A stretch of 63,341 nucleotides of DNA, counting the filler, from Octopus bimaculoides (Eukaryota): assembly GCF_001194135.2 (NCBI RefSeq). It is 8 parts of 8 records of this genome, joined end to end, with 100 filler letters (N's around TTAATTAATTAA, not from the genome) between each part and the next. Parts side by side here need not be neighbours in the genome. Positions count along the whole stretch, not along the records: positions 30,208 to 37,948 come from NC_068998.1; positions 38,049 to 42,425 come from NC_068985.1; positions 42,526 to 57,671 come from NC_068988.1; 5 more parts are not named here. One strand, given 5' to 3'. Position 1 is the first letter of the stretch. Each line of letters starts with the position of its first letter. This document shows positions 37,863 to 49,677 of the stretch, piece by piece. Made by a program: the position numbers and the translations under genes. The notes below the pieces were generated by a model. It saw only the letters and a list, made by a program, of their open reading frames with translations. It was not told where the DNA came from and ran no database searches.

Positions 37863-39414
37863 TGTGTGTGCGTGTACGTGTCTAATTGTCGGAGGTTGTT
37901 TATTGATTTCTGTGATAATGACGGGGAAGGTTTTAATGAAATGTTTTTNNNNNNNNNNNNNNNNNNNNNNNNNNNNNNNNNNNNNNNNNNNNTTAATTAA
38001 TTAANNNNNNNNNNNNNNNNNNNNNNNNNNNNNNNNNNNNNNNNNNNNGTATACTGTCCTTTAAAGAAATTGTAAAATTAATCCTCCTATAATTTGGAAA
38101 GTTCATTTTTTTATCCTTTGTTGAAATTTTAAGTGATATATATTTTTTTTAATAAAAATTGGTATGTTTTTCTGAATGTATATAAGACTTCGGTATGTAA
38201 TTATAGTAAAATTCATCTTGTTGGATATGTTGGTAGTCCTATGAATCCCATCAATGTTTAAAAGTTCATCCATTGCAAATATTTCATCATTAAATTTAGC
38301 TAGACTTGAGAATATTATATATAAAGAGTTTTTGTCAGAAGATTCCATTTCAAATTCAATTTTAATTTAGTATAAATAATTTTTTTCTCCTTTGAAGTAA
38401 TATACTAGAATCTAAGTTCAAATTCCTAAGCATCTATTTTTAATTTTAATTAATATATTTATAAAGGTAGTATAGATTGCTATTATTAGAATTCCATTAT
38501 TAAGTGTCTACGTTTAACACGCATATATATCCAATATTCACACATATACATATGTATATATACATAGGCACATACATCCACATATATGCACTTTTTATAT
38601 AATCGATAGATATGCTCATATAAATACACACATGTTTTTTTATTTTACCTTGTCTTGGGATTTATTATAATATTTGAAGGTTTTATAATACCTGTGTTTA
38701 CATGATGTTATCGCGTCTAATCTATTATTTATTAAATTATCTAGTTTATATAGTAATATATTCAGTGATTCTAATGTGCATAAACGGCAATTATTTGATT
38801 TATGCGTGTATAGTGTGGCAGAATCTATTATTGACCAGTCCTATTATACTAATATTATTATTAGGGGTTTGCGTATTTATATCCGTATATTTACTTGCGC
38901 TTCTATTTGTGATGTCATTATTATTATTATTATTGCTATTATATAGTTGTGCTCGAAGTTCGAGGAATGGTTTTGGAGGGAACTGTTTACAAATCACACA
39001 AGGTCTTGCCATCACAGGTATTAAGATTGGTGATGAGAGGATATTGTCTAATTATGGAGGGATTGGTGTAAACGTCGCGAACTAAGTGCCATTAGACGTT
39101 TTCGCACGCGAAGGAGTAAGTGAGAGTGGAAGGCTGACCTTGACCTAGCCCTCTGCAAAAAGGTGAAGCTTTTGAAGTGGGAGGAGAGTCCATGTTTCGC
39201 ATTTTTCTCTAGAACTCGGATATACAGGGACAAAGAACACATACTTTCCAGAAATGACGCAACATACCAGTTCTTTTGCAACAAAAAACAAAAAAAGGCG
39301 GTCGTTCCCTGAAGCATCTCTCTTGGGTGTAACTCTGCAAAAATGCGAAAAGGCGATGTTTCACAGTATTTCGCAGATCTGTTGCAAGCTAAATAAAGAA
39401 TATTAAACAAAAAT

Positions 39415-39904
39415 ACAAGGGTGAGTCAAAAAGTAATGCCACTTTGTTTAGGATAGGTATAATTATCAACAAAAAAACATGTATCATACCTCAAAATGAA
39501 GCTGGTCCTCTGTGGATCACATCCCTACTTCTCAACATAGTCACCGTTTCTCTCAATAGCAGTGTTCCACCTTCGAATGAGAGCATGTATTCCTGCCCCA
39601 TAAAATTCTGTTGACTGTTCTTTGAGTCACGTCTTCACTACAGTTTTCACTTCCTCGTCATCGGAATAATTTAGCGCCTTCAGACTATCATCTCTTCGAC
39701 CCCATGAAAGAGGGTTTGAGAGGCAAACATTATTCCAGTGACGAGGAAGAGAAATCTGTTGTGAAGAAGTGGCCCGAAGAACAGCCAACAGAATTTTACG
39801 GGGCAGGGATATATGCTCTCATTCGAAGGTGGAACACTGCTATTGAGAGAAACGGTGACTATGTTGAGAAGTAGGGATGTGATCCACAGAGTACCAGCTT
39901 CATT
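39415..39904. mobile_element. Mariner 3'-end fragment duplicated as a palindrome
   Basis: Arms 39495-39670 and 39729-39904 are reverse complements. The + reading gives LAPSDYHLFDPMKEGLRGKHYSSDEEEKSVVKKW...RRWNTAIERNGDYVEK. TIR-like tacaagggtgagtcaaaaagtaatgcc at 39415. Confidence 0.88.
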
Positions 39905-40914
39905 CTTTTGATATTGACTGTTTGGATTTTATTCCATCCAATCAATTTTCAGCGCAGCATCAACCTCACTCTTCGGAAATACTCCGTCCTCAGTTGCTCT
40001 TTCATTTTGATTTCCATTATCTCGTTACATCAAGGCATTTGTATCTTTCCGTTTCAATTTACTTAATCAAATCTCTATTCAGTAATTCTATCCCTGCTAG
40101 GGACTGTACCTTACCTCCGTTTTGGCAGATTACTCAGCGCTTCTTGAGTCCAAATTCCATTCTATTATCAGTAGAATGGAATTCTAATGGTGGACCGTGT
40201 TCATCAAGGAACTCACTTGTGTCACATCTTTGCCATACAGTTTCAAATCATTCATGAAGAGGAGGTGGCCAATTGTTTGGGATTTTCATTTTAGTTGATA
40301 CCCCAGGTTCATTTTCCTAAGTGCCAAGGTCAGGGTATGATGCAGAGAACAAAAAGCAACCGAAATAAAGTATCACTCTAGTAAACCCCTCTTCTGATAC
40401 CCAGGGTGTCCAAGCTTTTTCCACAAGATGTCATTTCAGTTTTCCACCCCACCATACTTCTCTTCAGGAAATTATTATTATATTTATGTTGTTTTTTTTC
40501 TTCTCTCTTCAAATTTTCTTCCATTTCTAGTCGAGTGTTTTCCGTACACCTAGGACAGAGAAACTCATTGTATGTATTCCCAGTTTACACACGCAAATTC
40601 AGAGGTAAAATACGTATTTAAAAAAAAAATTAATAAATAAATAAATTCATGAATGGATATTGTTTTCACAGCGATAATGCTCTTCTCAGTACATGAGTCG
40701 TTCCAGTGAACACGATTTTTTGCACTTCCTGTAGAGATGGTAAGCCTGGTATCATTTTCATATAGGTTTCAGTACCTTTTTTTTAATCATTCCTAGAGAT
40801 CCTACAATCACTGGTACGGTAGTCGCCTTGAAGTGCCACATTTTTTTCAATTTCTATTAGCAAGTCTTTATATTCTTTATATTTACTGATCTTGCCACAT
40901 TTTTTCAATTTCTA

Positions 40915-41075
40915 TTATTATTATTATTATTATTGTTCAGTAGTTTTATTTTTATAACGTGCTTTCACTTCACTACCGAGCGCAGCTCTGTGTGCCTTGG
41001 GTATGTGCTGTGGTTTGCTGTGGTTTGCTGTGATGCTCTTATGGTTACTGTATTGAAAGTGTTTTGCGTAGGATA
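40915..41075 (-). mobile_element. Non-LTR retrotransposon 3' end with (TAA)n tail
   Basis: The minus strand runs ...HSKPQHIPKAHRAALGSEVKARYKNKTTE into (TAA)n. Clade (possibly R4/Dong) is from memory only. Confidence 0.5.
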
Positions 41076-41210
41076 TTATTATTATTATTATTTTATGCTT
41101 AACTTTTGCTTTGTGTTTGTACAAGTTGACTCTAAGCCTCATCCAGAGACCTCAAGAGACAAGTTCGAAATTCAAGTTGGTGTTATGACAGGGTGTCATA
41201 TACGTGGTTT

Positions 41211-41270
41211 TACACATAGTATTACACATAGTATTACACATAGTATTACACATAGTATTACACATAGTAT
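41211..41270 (+). repeat. Perfect 12-nt minisatellite (TACACATAGTAT)x5
   Basis: Five exact units. Confidence 0.95.
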
Positions 41271-41456
41271 TGTTCTAGAGAATGTTTAAGAAAACAAAGG
41301 AAAATGATAAGTTTACTTTAAAATTTAAGATTGCATAGACAGTATTTTAAGTAGGATATGAGCAGTTCCCATGACCACTATCTTTTGAATTTCTGCCATT
41401 TTGGGGTTTCCTGGTATCTGAGCTAGGTAGGAATCAGCCCCTTATGCTATCATTCC

Positions 41457-41508
<52 letters not shown>

Positions 41509-41564
41509 GAGCATTGGTACTATTAATAATAATACGATATGAGTATATTATTCACTGCTGAGTG

Positions 41565-41900
41565 TTGCTTAAAGTTTAATTGGGCAGATCACAGAGGCAA
41601 CTAATATTAATTTTATTAACTTTATTGCAGTGAGACGGTTTATGACTGTAATTGTGTTCATTATATTTAGAGTAGTTACCATTTTTTTCTCTTCATAACC
41701 GGCCCTAGTTAGAGTTTCATTATAATAGCTGGCTTTACGGGAAAATATGTTAGCAAAGAACAATCATAAACGGACTTCTTCATAGCAAAGATGAGAGTCC
41801 TGTTTAGGAAAGGTAGAAGTGTAGTAATTTATGAATATCAGATTGTAGGAACTTAAAATTTATCTTATCACTAATATTAAGGAACTATCTAATGATAAGA
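41565..41900 (-). mobile_element. Heavily deleted Penelope-like reverse transcriptase remnant
   Basis: KFLQSDIHK..FYLS and LNRTLIFA (resembling PLE RT F.QLDI..FYPSI...LN..L.FA) abut IFSRKASYYNETLTRAGYEEK (RT C-terminal region). Confidence 0.55.
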
Positions 41901-41989
41901 AAATTTATCATTGGTGTAACTATGGTGTTATGGTGGCCCGATGAGCTAATTTTCTTCATCTGCCCTGATTTGTAAATGTAGAATTGCAT

Positions 41990-42420
41990 TGTATAATGCG
42001 TAGGAGGCATATTAGCGGAGACATGTGAACATAATCTATTATACACTTTCTCCCTTCCCCATTTTCACACTACATACGTCAAGATTACCAGCATTCTACC
42101 TCCCACACACAGCCCCTCGTTCCCGATCACCGTTTGTTATCTCCCCCTTTCTTAGCTCTCCTGAAAAAAGAATTTCTAACTTCCGGTCAGCCATTGTTAT
42201 GATCGGCCATTATTATGATTGACCGTTGACTGAACACTATTCAATTTTTTTTCTCCGTGTTTTTCTCCTTGTCTCCGTATTCTTTCTGTTGAAGAGCGTA
42301 GCTCGAAACGTCAAAGACTTTCCGTATTCCCGAGCGTCATACTAATATATACTTTTGTTATTTACACCACCTGTCCTCGTTTGTTGTTATTATTTGTATA
42401 TTCTCCCATATATATATATA
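41990..42420 (+). mobile_element. PLE-type terminal repeat segment carrying a minimal hammerhead motif
   Basis: Contains TCTTT-CTGTTGA-A-GAGC gta GCTC-GAAACGTC-AAAGA at 42281-42317, followed by a T-rich tail running into (TA)n. Confidence 0.6.
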
Positions 42421-42579
42421 TATACNNNNNNNNNNNNNNNNNNNNNNNNNNNNNNNNNNNNNNNNNNNNTTAATTAATTAANNNNNNNNNNNNNNNNNNN
42501 NNNNNNNNNNNNNNNNNNNNNNNNNTATAAATTTTTAATTTTGCTTATGATTTAAAAAATTTTTTTCATTATTTTATTT

Positions 42580-42940
42580 TCATTCCTGTTGGATCCCCCT
42601 TATTTGTCCACAACAGCTGTTTTTCAATTTGGCTGCAATCATTTTCTCTACCCCATCCCCAGAATGGAGCAACGGTTTAGCTAAACTTGAAGAATGCATT
42701 CGGTTAGCAGTGCAGGAGATAACTACTGAAATGCTTCAAAATGTGGTCAGTGCTGAGGATAGAGCTGAAATTTTCAGAAATATAGATGGAGCACATGTTG
42801 AAGAATTTTCAATAAAATTTTGACATAAGATTTATAAATCTATTTGTTTTGGTACCATAATTAAGTAATAAACAAAATTGTGTCACTTTCTTTTTAATTT
42901 ACCCAATTTCATTGAAATAGTTAATTCTGGGACACCCTGT
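42580..42940 (+). mobile_element. Tc1/mariner-type 3' remnant
   Basis: LAKLEECIRLAVQEITTEMLQNVV...IDGAHVEEF resembles a Tc1-like C-terminus. Ends ttaattctgggacaccctgt, the reverse complement of an ACAGGGTGTCCC TIR. Confidence 0.6.
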
Positions 42941-43639
42941 TTATATAAATTTCTACATATAATATGCACAGACACACACACATATATACAGTAACAGTCA
43001 GTTTAATGAAATGATTAAATGGCTTTCAGATAACAATAATAATATTGGCTTATCAGAATGGTCTTAGCCAAATATTCAACGTACTTGTAATAAAGGGAGG
43101 TAATAATTACATATTCACTATTATAATTTATTTATTTATTATATTGGACAGTAGTGTATATTGTATTAAAGCTCTTTTTTCTAATATTAGGTTCAATTTA
43201 ATGCGGTTTTAGGGTTTAATATGTATCTATATAAACACATGAGTACATGGGTACAAAACAAGGTGAAGAAAATAGTACTTAAATTCCAAAGGTGGAGTAA
43301 AATTATTTTATATATCATTTCATTTACATAAGATTTAAAACTGAGCTACTATAAATTTCATTACTGTAAACTTACAATAGTAGTACAGTCTAGTGAACTT
43401 GTATAGTGTGCCATGTACAGTCATGCAATCTTTCAGAGTTTTGAGTCTGAAAGATTGCCCAATAGTACACAGCACACTATACTAGCTTGCTGAATTAAGT
43501 ATGAAATTTATAGTAGCTTAATTTTAAATCCTCTGTACATTAAATGATATTTCTTTTGCTGGATGCAGTACATTCTTGTTGATACTATTAATTAGCATAA
43601 CATTACGTTTTATGTATATATATATATATATATATATAT

Positions 43640-43977
43640 AGGCTATGCAGTAAGGAGTTTACTTTCCAACCACATGGTTCTGGGTTTAGCCCCACCTTGG
43701 GCAAGTGTTGACCAAAGCCTTGTGAGTAGTTTTGGTAGACAAGAACTGAAGAAATCCTATCTATGTATGTGTCTTTGTGTCTGTCTTTTGTCCCCCACCA
43801 CTGCTTGACAATTGGTGTTGGTGTGATTATGTCCTCATAACTTAGTGGTTTGGCAAAAGAGACCAAAAAAAGTACCAGGTTAAAAAAAAAAAATGAGTGT
43901 TAATTCATTCGACTAAAAATTCTTCAAGATGGTTCCCCAGGATGGCCACAGTCAAATGACTGAAACAAGTAAAAAAT
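43640..43977 (+). mobile_element. Diverged SINE family 1 copy
   Basis: ccacatggttctgggtttag...gtcccccaccactgcttgac...gactgaaacaagtaaaa. Confidence 0.8.
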
Positions 43978-44096
43978 ATATATACAAATTTATACAATCA
44001 TATATGTAGTTGTGTAAACCAAACAAAAGAATCATATATAACACTACAACAGCAATTTACTAATGCAATCCCATAATCATATGCAACAATCTAGAA

Positions 44097-44426
44097 CAGT
44101 AATTCTTAACAGGGGTCCATATAAGATTTTTCGGGGTCCACAAAACAAAATAGTAAATAGGGGATCCACAATAGTATTTTAAGGGCCCTTGAAAAGATTC
44201 TGCTTTAAGGGCATGCATTGGTATAATTTGCAAGAAACAGCTAGGCTTCTTTCTTTAACATTTTACATAGTACAACCTACACAAGTTAATGTGTGAAAAA
44301 CAAAATAGGAATTTTGAAAGACGTTTCTATAAGACTATTTTTTAAATATTGAATGACTAGGAGGGTCCACCAGAATAAAATAATAATCAAAGGGGTCTAT
44401 AGGTAAAAAATGGTTGAGAAACCCTG
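44097..44426. mobile_element. hAT-type MITE
   Basis: Imperfect TIRs cagtaattcttaac / gttgagaaaccctg. Flanking 8-mers atctagaa and ttttagaa resemble an hAT target duplication (6/8). Confidence 0.6.
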
Positions 44427-44436
44427 TTTTAGAACA

Positions 44437-44475
<39 letters not shown>

Positions 44476-44517
44476 TCAGTAAATAGTGGGGTTGTGTTAA
44501 CTACACGTGGAGAAATA

Positions 44518-45416
44518 ATAGGAAAATGAAAAATAATAAGGCAGAATGCTAAACTGGAAGTATATTTTAATAAAGATTTCTAACCGGCTTTCATTGCATA
44601 GCAAATTTCAAGAAGAGGGAGAATGAAAATGTTTTTTACAAAGAAGTACAAAATGAAGAAAATAATATATAAAAAAAATAANNNNNNNNNNNNNNNNNNN
44701 NNNNNNNNNNNNNNNNNNNNNNNNNNNNNNNNNNNNNNNNNNNNNNNNNNNNNNNNNNNNNNNNNNNNNNNNNNNNNNNNNNNNNNNNNNNNNNNNNNNN
44801 NNNNNNNNNNNNNNNNNNNNNNNNNNNNNNNNNNNNNNNNNNNNNNNNNNNNNNNNNNNNNNNNNNNNNNNNNNNNNNNNNNNNNNNNNNNNNNNNNNNN
44901 NNNNNNNNNNNNNNNNNNNNNNNNNNNNNNNNNNNNNNNNNNNNNNNNNNNNNNNNNNNNNNNNNNNNNNNNNNNNNNNNNNNNNNNNNNNNNNNNNNNN
45001 NNNNNNNNNNNNNNNNNNNNNNNNNNNNNNNNNNNNNNNNNNNNNNNNNNNNNNNNNNNNNNNNNNNNNNNNNNNNNNNNNNNNNNNNNNNNNNNNNNNN
45101 NNNNNNNNNNNNNNNNNNNNNNNNNNNNNNNNNNNNNNNNNNNNNNNNNNNNNNNNNNCCTTATTTTTCCAACCATTATATACATGAATTACCATTGAAC
45201 TTTAAAAGCTCAAAGACAATATAATGTATTGGTATATTTATTTTTTTATATATCATTTTTTTAATATATTATTTTCTTCATTTTGTACTTCTTTGTAAAA
45301 AACATTTTCATTCTCCCTCTTCTTGAAAATTTGCTATGCAATGAAAGCCGGTTAGAAATCTTTATTAAAATATGCTTCCAGTTTAGCATTCTGCCTTATT
45401 ATTATTTTTCATTTTC

Positions 45417-45420
<4 letters not shown>
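44518..45420. repeat. Near-identical 165-nt inverted arms around an N gap
   Basis: 44518-44681 versus the reverse complement of 45255-45420 differ by only a few substitutions and indels. Confidence 0.9.
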
Positions 45421-45449
<29 letters not shown>

Positions 45450-45752
45450 GTGGATAGCAAATTAGATGCTACACTGCCCTGCAGTGCAGCTAATCACTGC
45501 ATATCAGAGTTCTAGAACAGACTGTAATGTTACATAACTGGAAAAGAATAGCATGCAGGTGGATTATGGGTTTGTCTTGAACATTCAGCTTATTACCTCC
45601 TGACCATACCTCAGCTTAAACATAACTGACTAGGGGTTACAGCAGCAATATTTTAAAACAGAATCACTCAGGAAAATGTATCAAAGCAAATATTTGTGTT
45701 TTTAAAAACACATTTGATCAGTTCAATCTCCAATCATCTTTATTCACACTCA

Positions 45753-45838
<86 letters not shown>

Positions 45839-48244
45839 GCTATATAAATGTGTGTTTGTATACATACATCTCTCTCTATGTATACACACACACATGTGTG
45901 TGTGTGTGTGTGTGTAGTAGGCTGGATCTGAACTCAGAACAATTACTTCTAATGGTATCAGAAAATTGCAACCAGCCCCATGCTTGAACAATGATGTTAG
46001 CAGCATTTAAAAACAGGTTCTGAGTTCAAATCTACCCAAGAAAAATATAAGAAGTACATTCACCTCAAGACAGACAGAGGTCGGTTTCATCGATCACAAT
46101 ACCTCAGATATTATGAAATATAAATACAATTATAATTCATTCTCTAATATAAATGGCAACACTTTGCCCATCAACAAAGTCTTTTTATAGATCTCATGTC
46201 ATATAATCATTATCATTGGGGTTATTGATGACATCCTTTTTAAAAAAAAAAAGGTTTTGCTCTGTGCCAACATCAGAAATAATTTTGAATTTCTGAGACA
46301 AGGAATTATAGTGTCTTCACAGTCTTTTGGCCATGGTACCTTCTGGTTTTCTTCAGATGCCTGTCACATTTGGTAATATCCTCAGATGTCGACTCAAAAA
46401 TTAACCTGTGCCACCATGAGAAACATTTCATAATCACACACACACACGTTTATGGCATAAGAATTCAGAAACTTCGAGAGATGTGAAATAATTTGTTTTT
46501 AATGGTGAAACTTAAAGGAGATAAAACTATAAATAATGATGCGTAAATACCAAGTTAAAAACCCCTTCCTATCCAAAGGGATTTTTAACCCAATTTACAA
46601 GCTATTATTTATAGCTTCATCTACTTCAAGTTTCACTGTTAAAAACAAATTATAAATATGTATATATCTGTATATAGTTTGGAACTTGCATTTTTTTGGC
46701 TTTTTATTCTAATAGTTGATAGTATACAGGACCTTTCTTTTTAGATGGGAGGAATAACATGAGAGAAACAAGTGTTCATATTCACAAACACAATATGACA
46801 CATGAAATAGGATGCATACAAAGTGTAATTAATATTGATATAAATACTCTGAGGCATTTAATAACAGAAGCCATGGGCTCACATATGATATAATGGTAGT
46901 CAATATTAAAAACATTTTAACAGTTGTAGGCTTAAGAAGTTATCAGTTATACACACATGTTGAGTACATCTATGATTAACATTCTAGCTAAGACCATCAC
47001 ATCAATTTTTAGACACAGTGTATCTAGAACTACATTATCCTATGTGTCCTTCCCTTTTCTAACAGGGAGGTTTGACTGCTATTTCAAGTAGGCTTAGTCA
47101 ATGGCTTGTCACAGATGTGTGCATACAGTTTATGTTCTCAAATGGAAGTACATAGGTGGTGTTTAGCTTTGTAACTCAGTTGACTTGTTAAACTGTACAT
47201 GATCTCAACTACCTGTAGAGATTTAAGGGAAGAAAGGCTTGCTCTTGTTCCTCTTGAGTACAAAGATGGAATTAAAGCTGAGCACAGTTTAACAAAACAA
47301 TCAGCCACTGCTCAGCACAATGAATCATGCTTCACAACCTTTAACACAATCTACTTAGAGCCACTGACAGTCCAGAGTAAGGGCTATAGATACAACACAG
47401 TCAGTTATGGTGACAAGATACAAACAGATAATATCTTGACTAGGTGTCCATTTCTTAATCAACAGGGCCATCTCAATTTCTACAAGTATATTGAATCAGT
47501 TAACATATTTGTAGGTACTAGATAACCAATTACAAGCCATAGCCATACCGTCGTACTGACTATGTGATACTTGTATGCTATCTTCACCTTAGGATAAAGG
47601 AATGCATTGAAATCATAGTATGGATTGATACACAAAATTTATTATAGCAAATGCTGCACTCAGAGTACTAAAGAAGGAAAAATTGTTTTTTTTACTCATG
47701 TGGAATTTTCTAAAACGTTAAATATGATATTTCAAAATCTTTTCTAAGCATAGTTTTCTATACAGTTTTGTTTTTCAACAGAATCATCATCATCATCATC
47801 GTTTAACGTCCGCTTTCCATGCTAGCATGGGTTGGACGATTTGACTGAGGACTGGTGAAACCGGATGGCAACACCAGGCTCCAATCTATTAAACTATAAT
47901 TTTTTTCAAAGTCTCTTTCTTTCTCCATTTCTTCTACTCTCTATAATACATACATATGTACATCCACACACTCACTTACATGTCTGGCAAACCAATGGAG
48001 TATTTTCAAACAATAAATAAATTGAGATAAAAATGAAAAATACTGAATAAAAATAAACTACTATAATCATTTTCTCAGATCAATTTCTTCCAATAGGAAC
48101 TTTTTTTTTGTTTTACCGAACTATCCAAGTCTATCGCACTTTTCCTCACACTCAATTAAAAAATAATAAATAAAATAAGACAGAAATATAAACCTCATTT
48201 TTACGTAGGAAGATTTTGTTTACCAAACCTATATATGATGTGGT

Positions 48245-48507
48245 CTAGGTTTTCTTTTCTAATTGCTTTGCTAATGGTTCCAGGTGTTCCAAATAATGGT
48301 AATGGTACTGCATCGTAGCTAAAAGGCCTTTATCATTTTGTACATTGTCTTTGCTGGAGTAATCAATATAATCTCCATTCAGGGTGGTCATTTTCCCGTT
48401 GAGTGCATTTAAAATTGCATTGCCAGCACAGATATCCCATTTCTTGATAGCTGTTGTGTGTACATATGCATTTGATAGCCCTTTAACAACATTTAAAGCT
48501 TTGTAAC
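48245..48507 (-). CDS. BPNT2: BPNT2/IMPAD1 last coding exon, 263 nt
   Basis: ttttttttccag acceptor. (G)YKALNVVKGLSNAYVHTTAIKKWDICAGNAILNALNGKMTTLNGDYIDY...EKKT then TAG. KKWDICAGNAIL is typical of BPNT2. The four exons total 702 nt (233 aa plus stop). Confidence 0.95.
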
Positions 48508-48634
48508 CTGGAAAAAAAAAAGAGAGAGAATACTGTAATACAATGTATGATAATACAAATGAATATTAATTATTTTCTGGAGAGGAATATAGTCAAGAAT
48601 ATGACCTCCAGAAGGATGAAAAGGCAAAATTGAT

Positions 48635-48795
48635 CGTGGCTGTGTGATAAGTAGCTTGCTTACCAACCACATGATTCTGGGTTCAGTCCCACTGCGTGGC
48701 ACCTTGGGCAAGTGTCTTCTACTATAGCCTCGAGCCGACCAAAGCCTTGTGAGTGGATTTCATAGACAGAAACTGAAAGAAGCCCGTTGTATATA

Positions 48796-48844
<49 letters not shown>

Positions 48845-49027
48845 GTCTGTGTATGTGTTTGTCCCCCCAACATCGCTTGACAACCAATGCTGGTGTGTTT
48901 ACGTCCTTGTAACTTAGCGGTTTGGCAAAAGAGACCGATAGAATAAGCACTAGGCTTACAAAGAATAAGTCCTGGGGTCGATTTGCTCGACTAAAGGTGG
49001 TGCTCCAGAAGAAGAGTAAAAAGAGTA
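48635..49027 (+). mobile_element. SINE family 1 copy in the last BPNT2 intron (antisense to the gene)
   Basis: Near-identical to 56668-57074, slightly 5'-truncated. Confidence 0.9.
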
Positions 49028-49290
49028 CATGTTTTTTTTTTTAAACATTTATTCAAAGAACATTTATCAAATTCTAAACAAATAATTGTAATGCTATTAA
49101 GAATACATTGGTCTTGGGATGTTACAGCTAGTCCAATCATGCTTTTGTAGTATTTTCATACAGAAGAGTTAAAAGTCTTTATTTACTTGCAACATCTACC
49201 AGGTCAAAGTTTGTAGGGACATGATATCTCTGACACAAAATTTGTTGTAACTGTTACACATTTTAGACTAGAGACTGCGAATATGCTCAC

Positions 49291-49467
49291 CTGCTCCACC
49301 AGCTTCGACCACAACAGTGTTTTCTCCAAATGCTTTTTTGATAACATCTACTACTTTTCCTGGATGAGAACGGGAAACAATGATTTGTGTAGGCTTCTCA
49401 TTGGACAACTGGACTTTCTCCAAGGGTTTTAAATTTGATGAATGCCCATAACTCACCCATGCCCAAT
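49291..49467 (-). CDS. BPNT2: BPNT2/IMPAD1 exon, 177 nt
   Basis: ttttcag acceptor, GTGAGC donor. WAWVSYGHSSNLKPLEKVQLSNEKPTQIIVSRSHPGKVVDVIKKAFGENTVVVEAGGA(G) with the IVSRSH and AGGAG motifs. Phase 1/1. Confidence 0.95.
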
Positions 49468-49581
49468 CTGAAAATAGGAGTCCAAAATTAAAGATGAAGA
49501 GAAGAACAAAGAAGAAAGAATGTAGGATAAAAGTGTGAAATATAACTATTTTAAAAAGCCGTGTCTAAGAAAAACACTTAC

Positions 49582-49677
49582 AAGTTTGATCATCAAATGG
49601 ACTATGAATAACACCAATTGTAGGATCACCATTCACAGCCACACAAACCATGGTTGTAACATATTGACGAAGGTCCT
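49582..49677 (-). CDS. BPNT2: BPNT2/IMPAD1 exon, 96 nt
   Basis: tttctttcacag acceptor, GTAAGT donor. (E)[31 protein letters not shown](Y). Phase 1/1, in frame with both neighbours. Confidence 0.95.

Noticed and set aside
38103-39410. AT-rich ORFs faintly resembling retroelement proteins
   Set aside because: No diagnostic motif could be aligned with confidence; needs a profile search.
41211-41270. Regular short repeats as a CRISPR-like array
   Set aside because: No spacers; a plain minisatellite in eukaryotic DNA.
46080-46117. Minus-strand CTGAGGT-stem-GAAACCGAC
   Set aside because: A9 and the cleavage triplet are both altered; too degenerate to call alone.
47199-47525. 108-codon plus-strand ORF
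   Set aside because: Antisense to the probable BPNT2 3' region, no domain similarity, weak start context.
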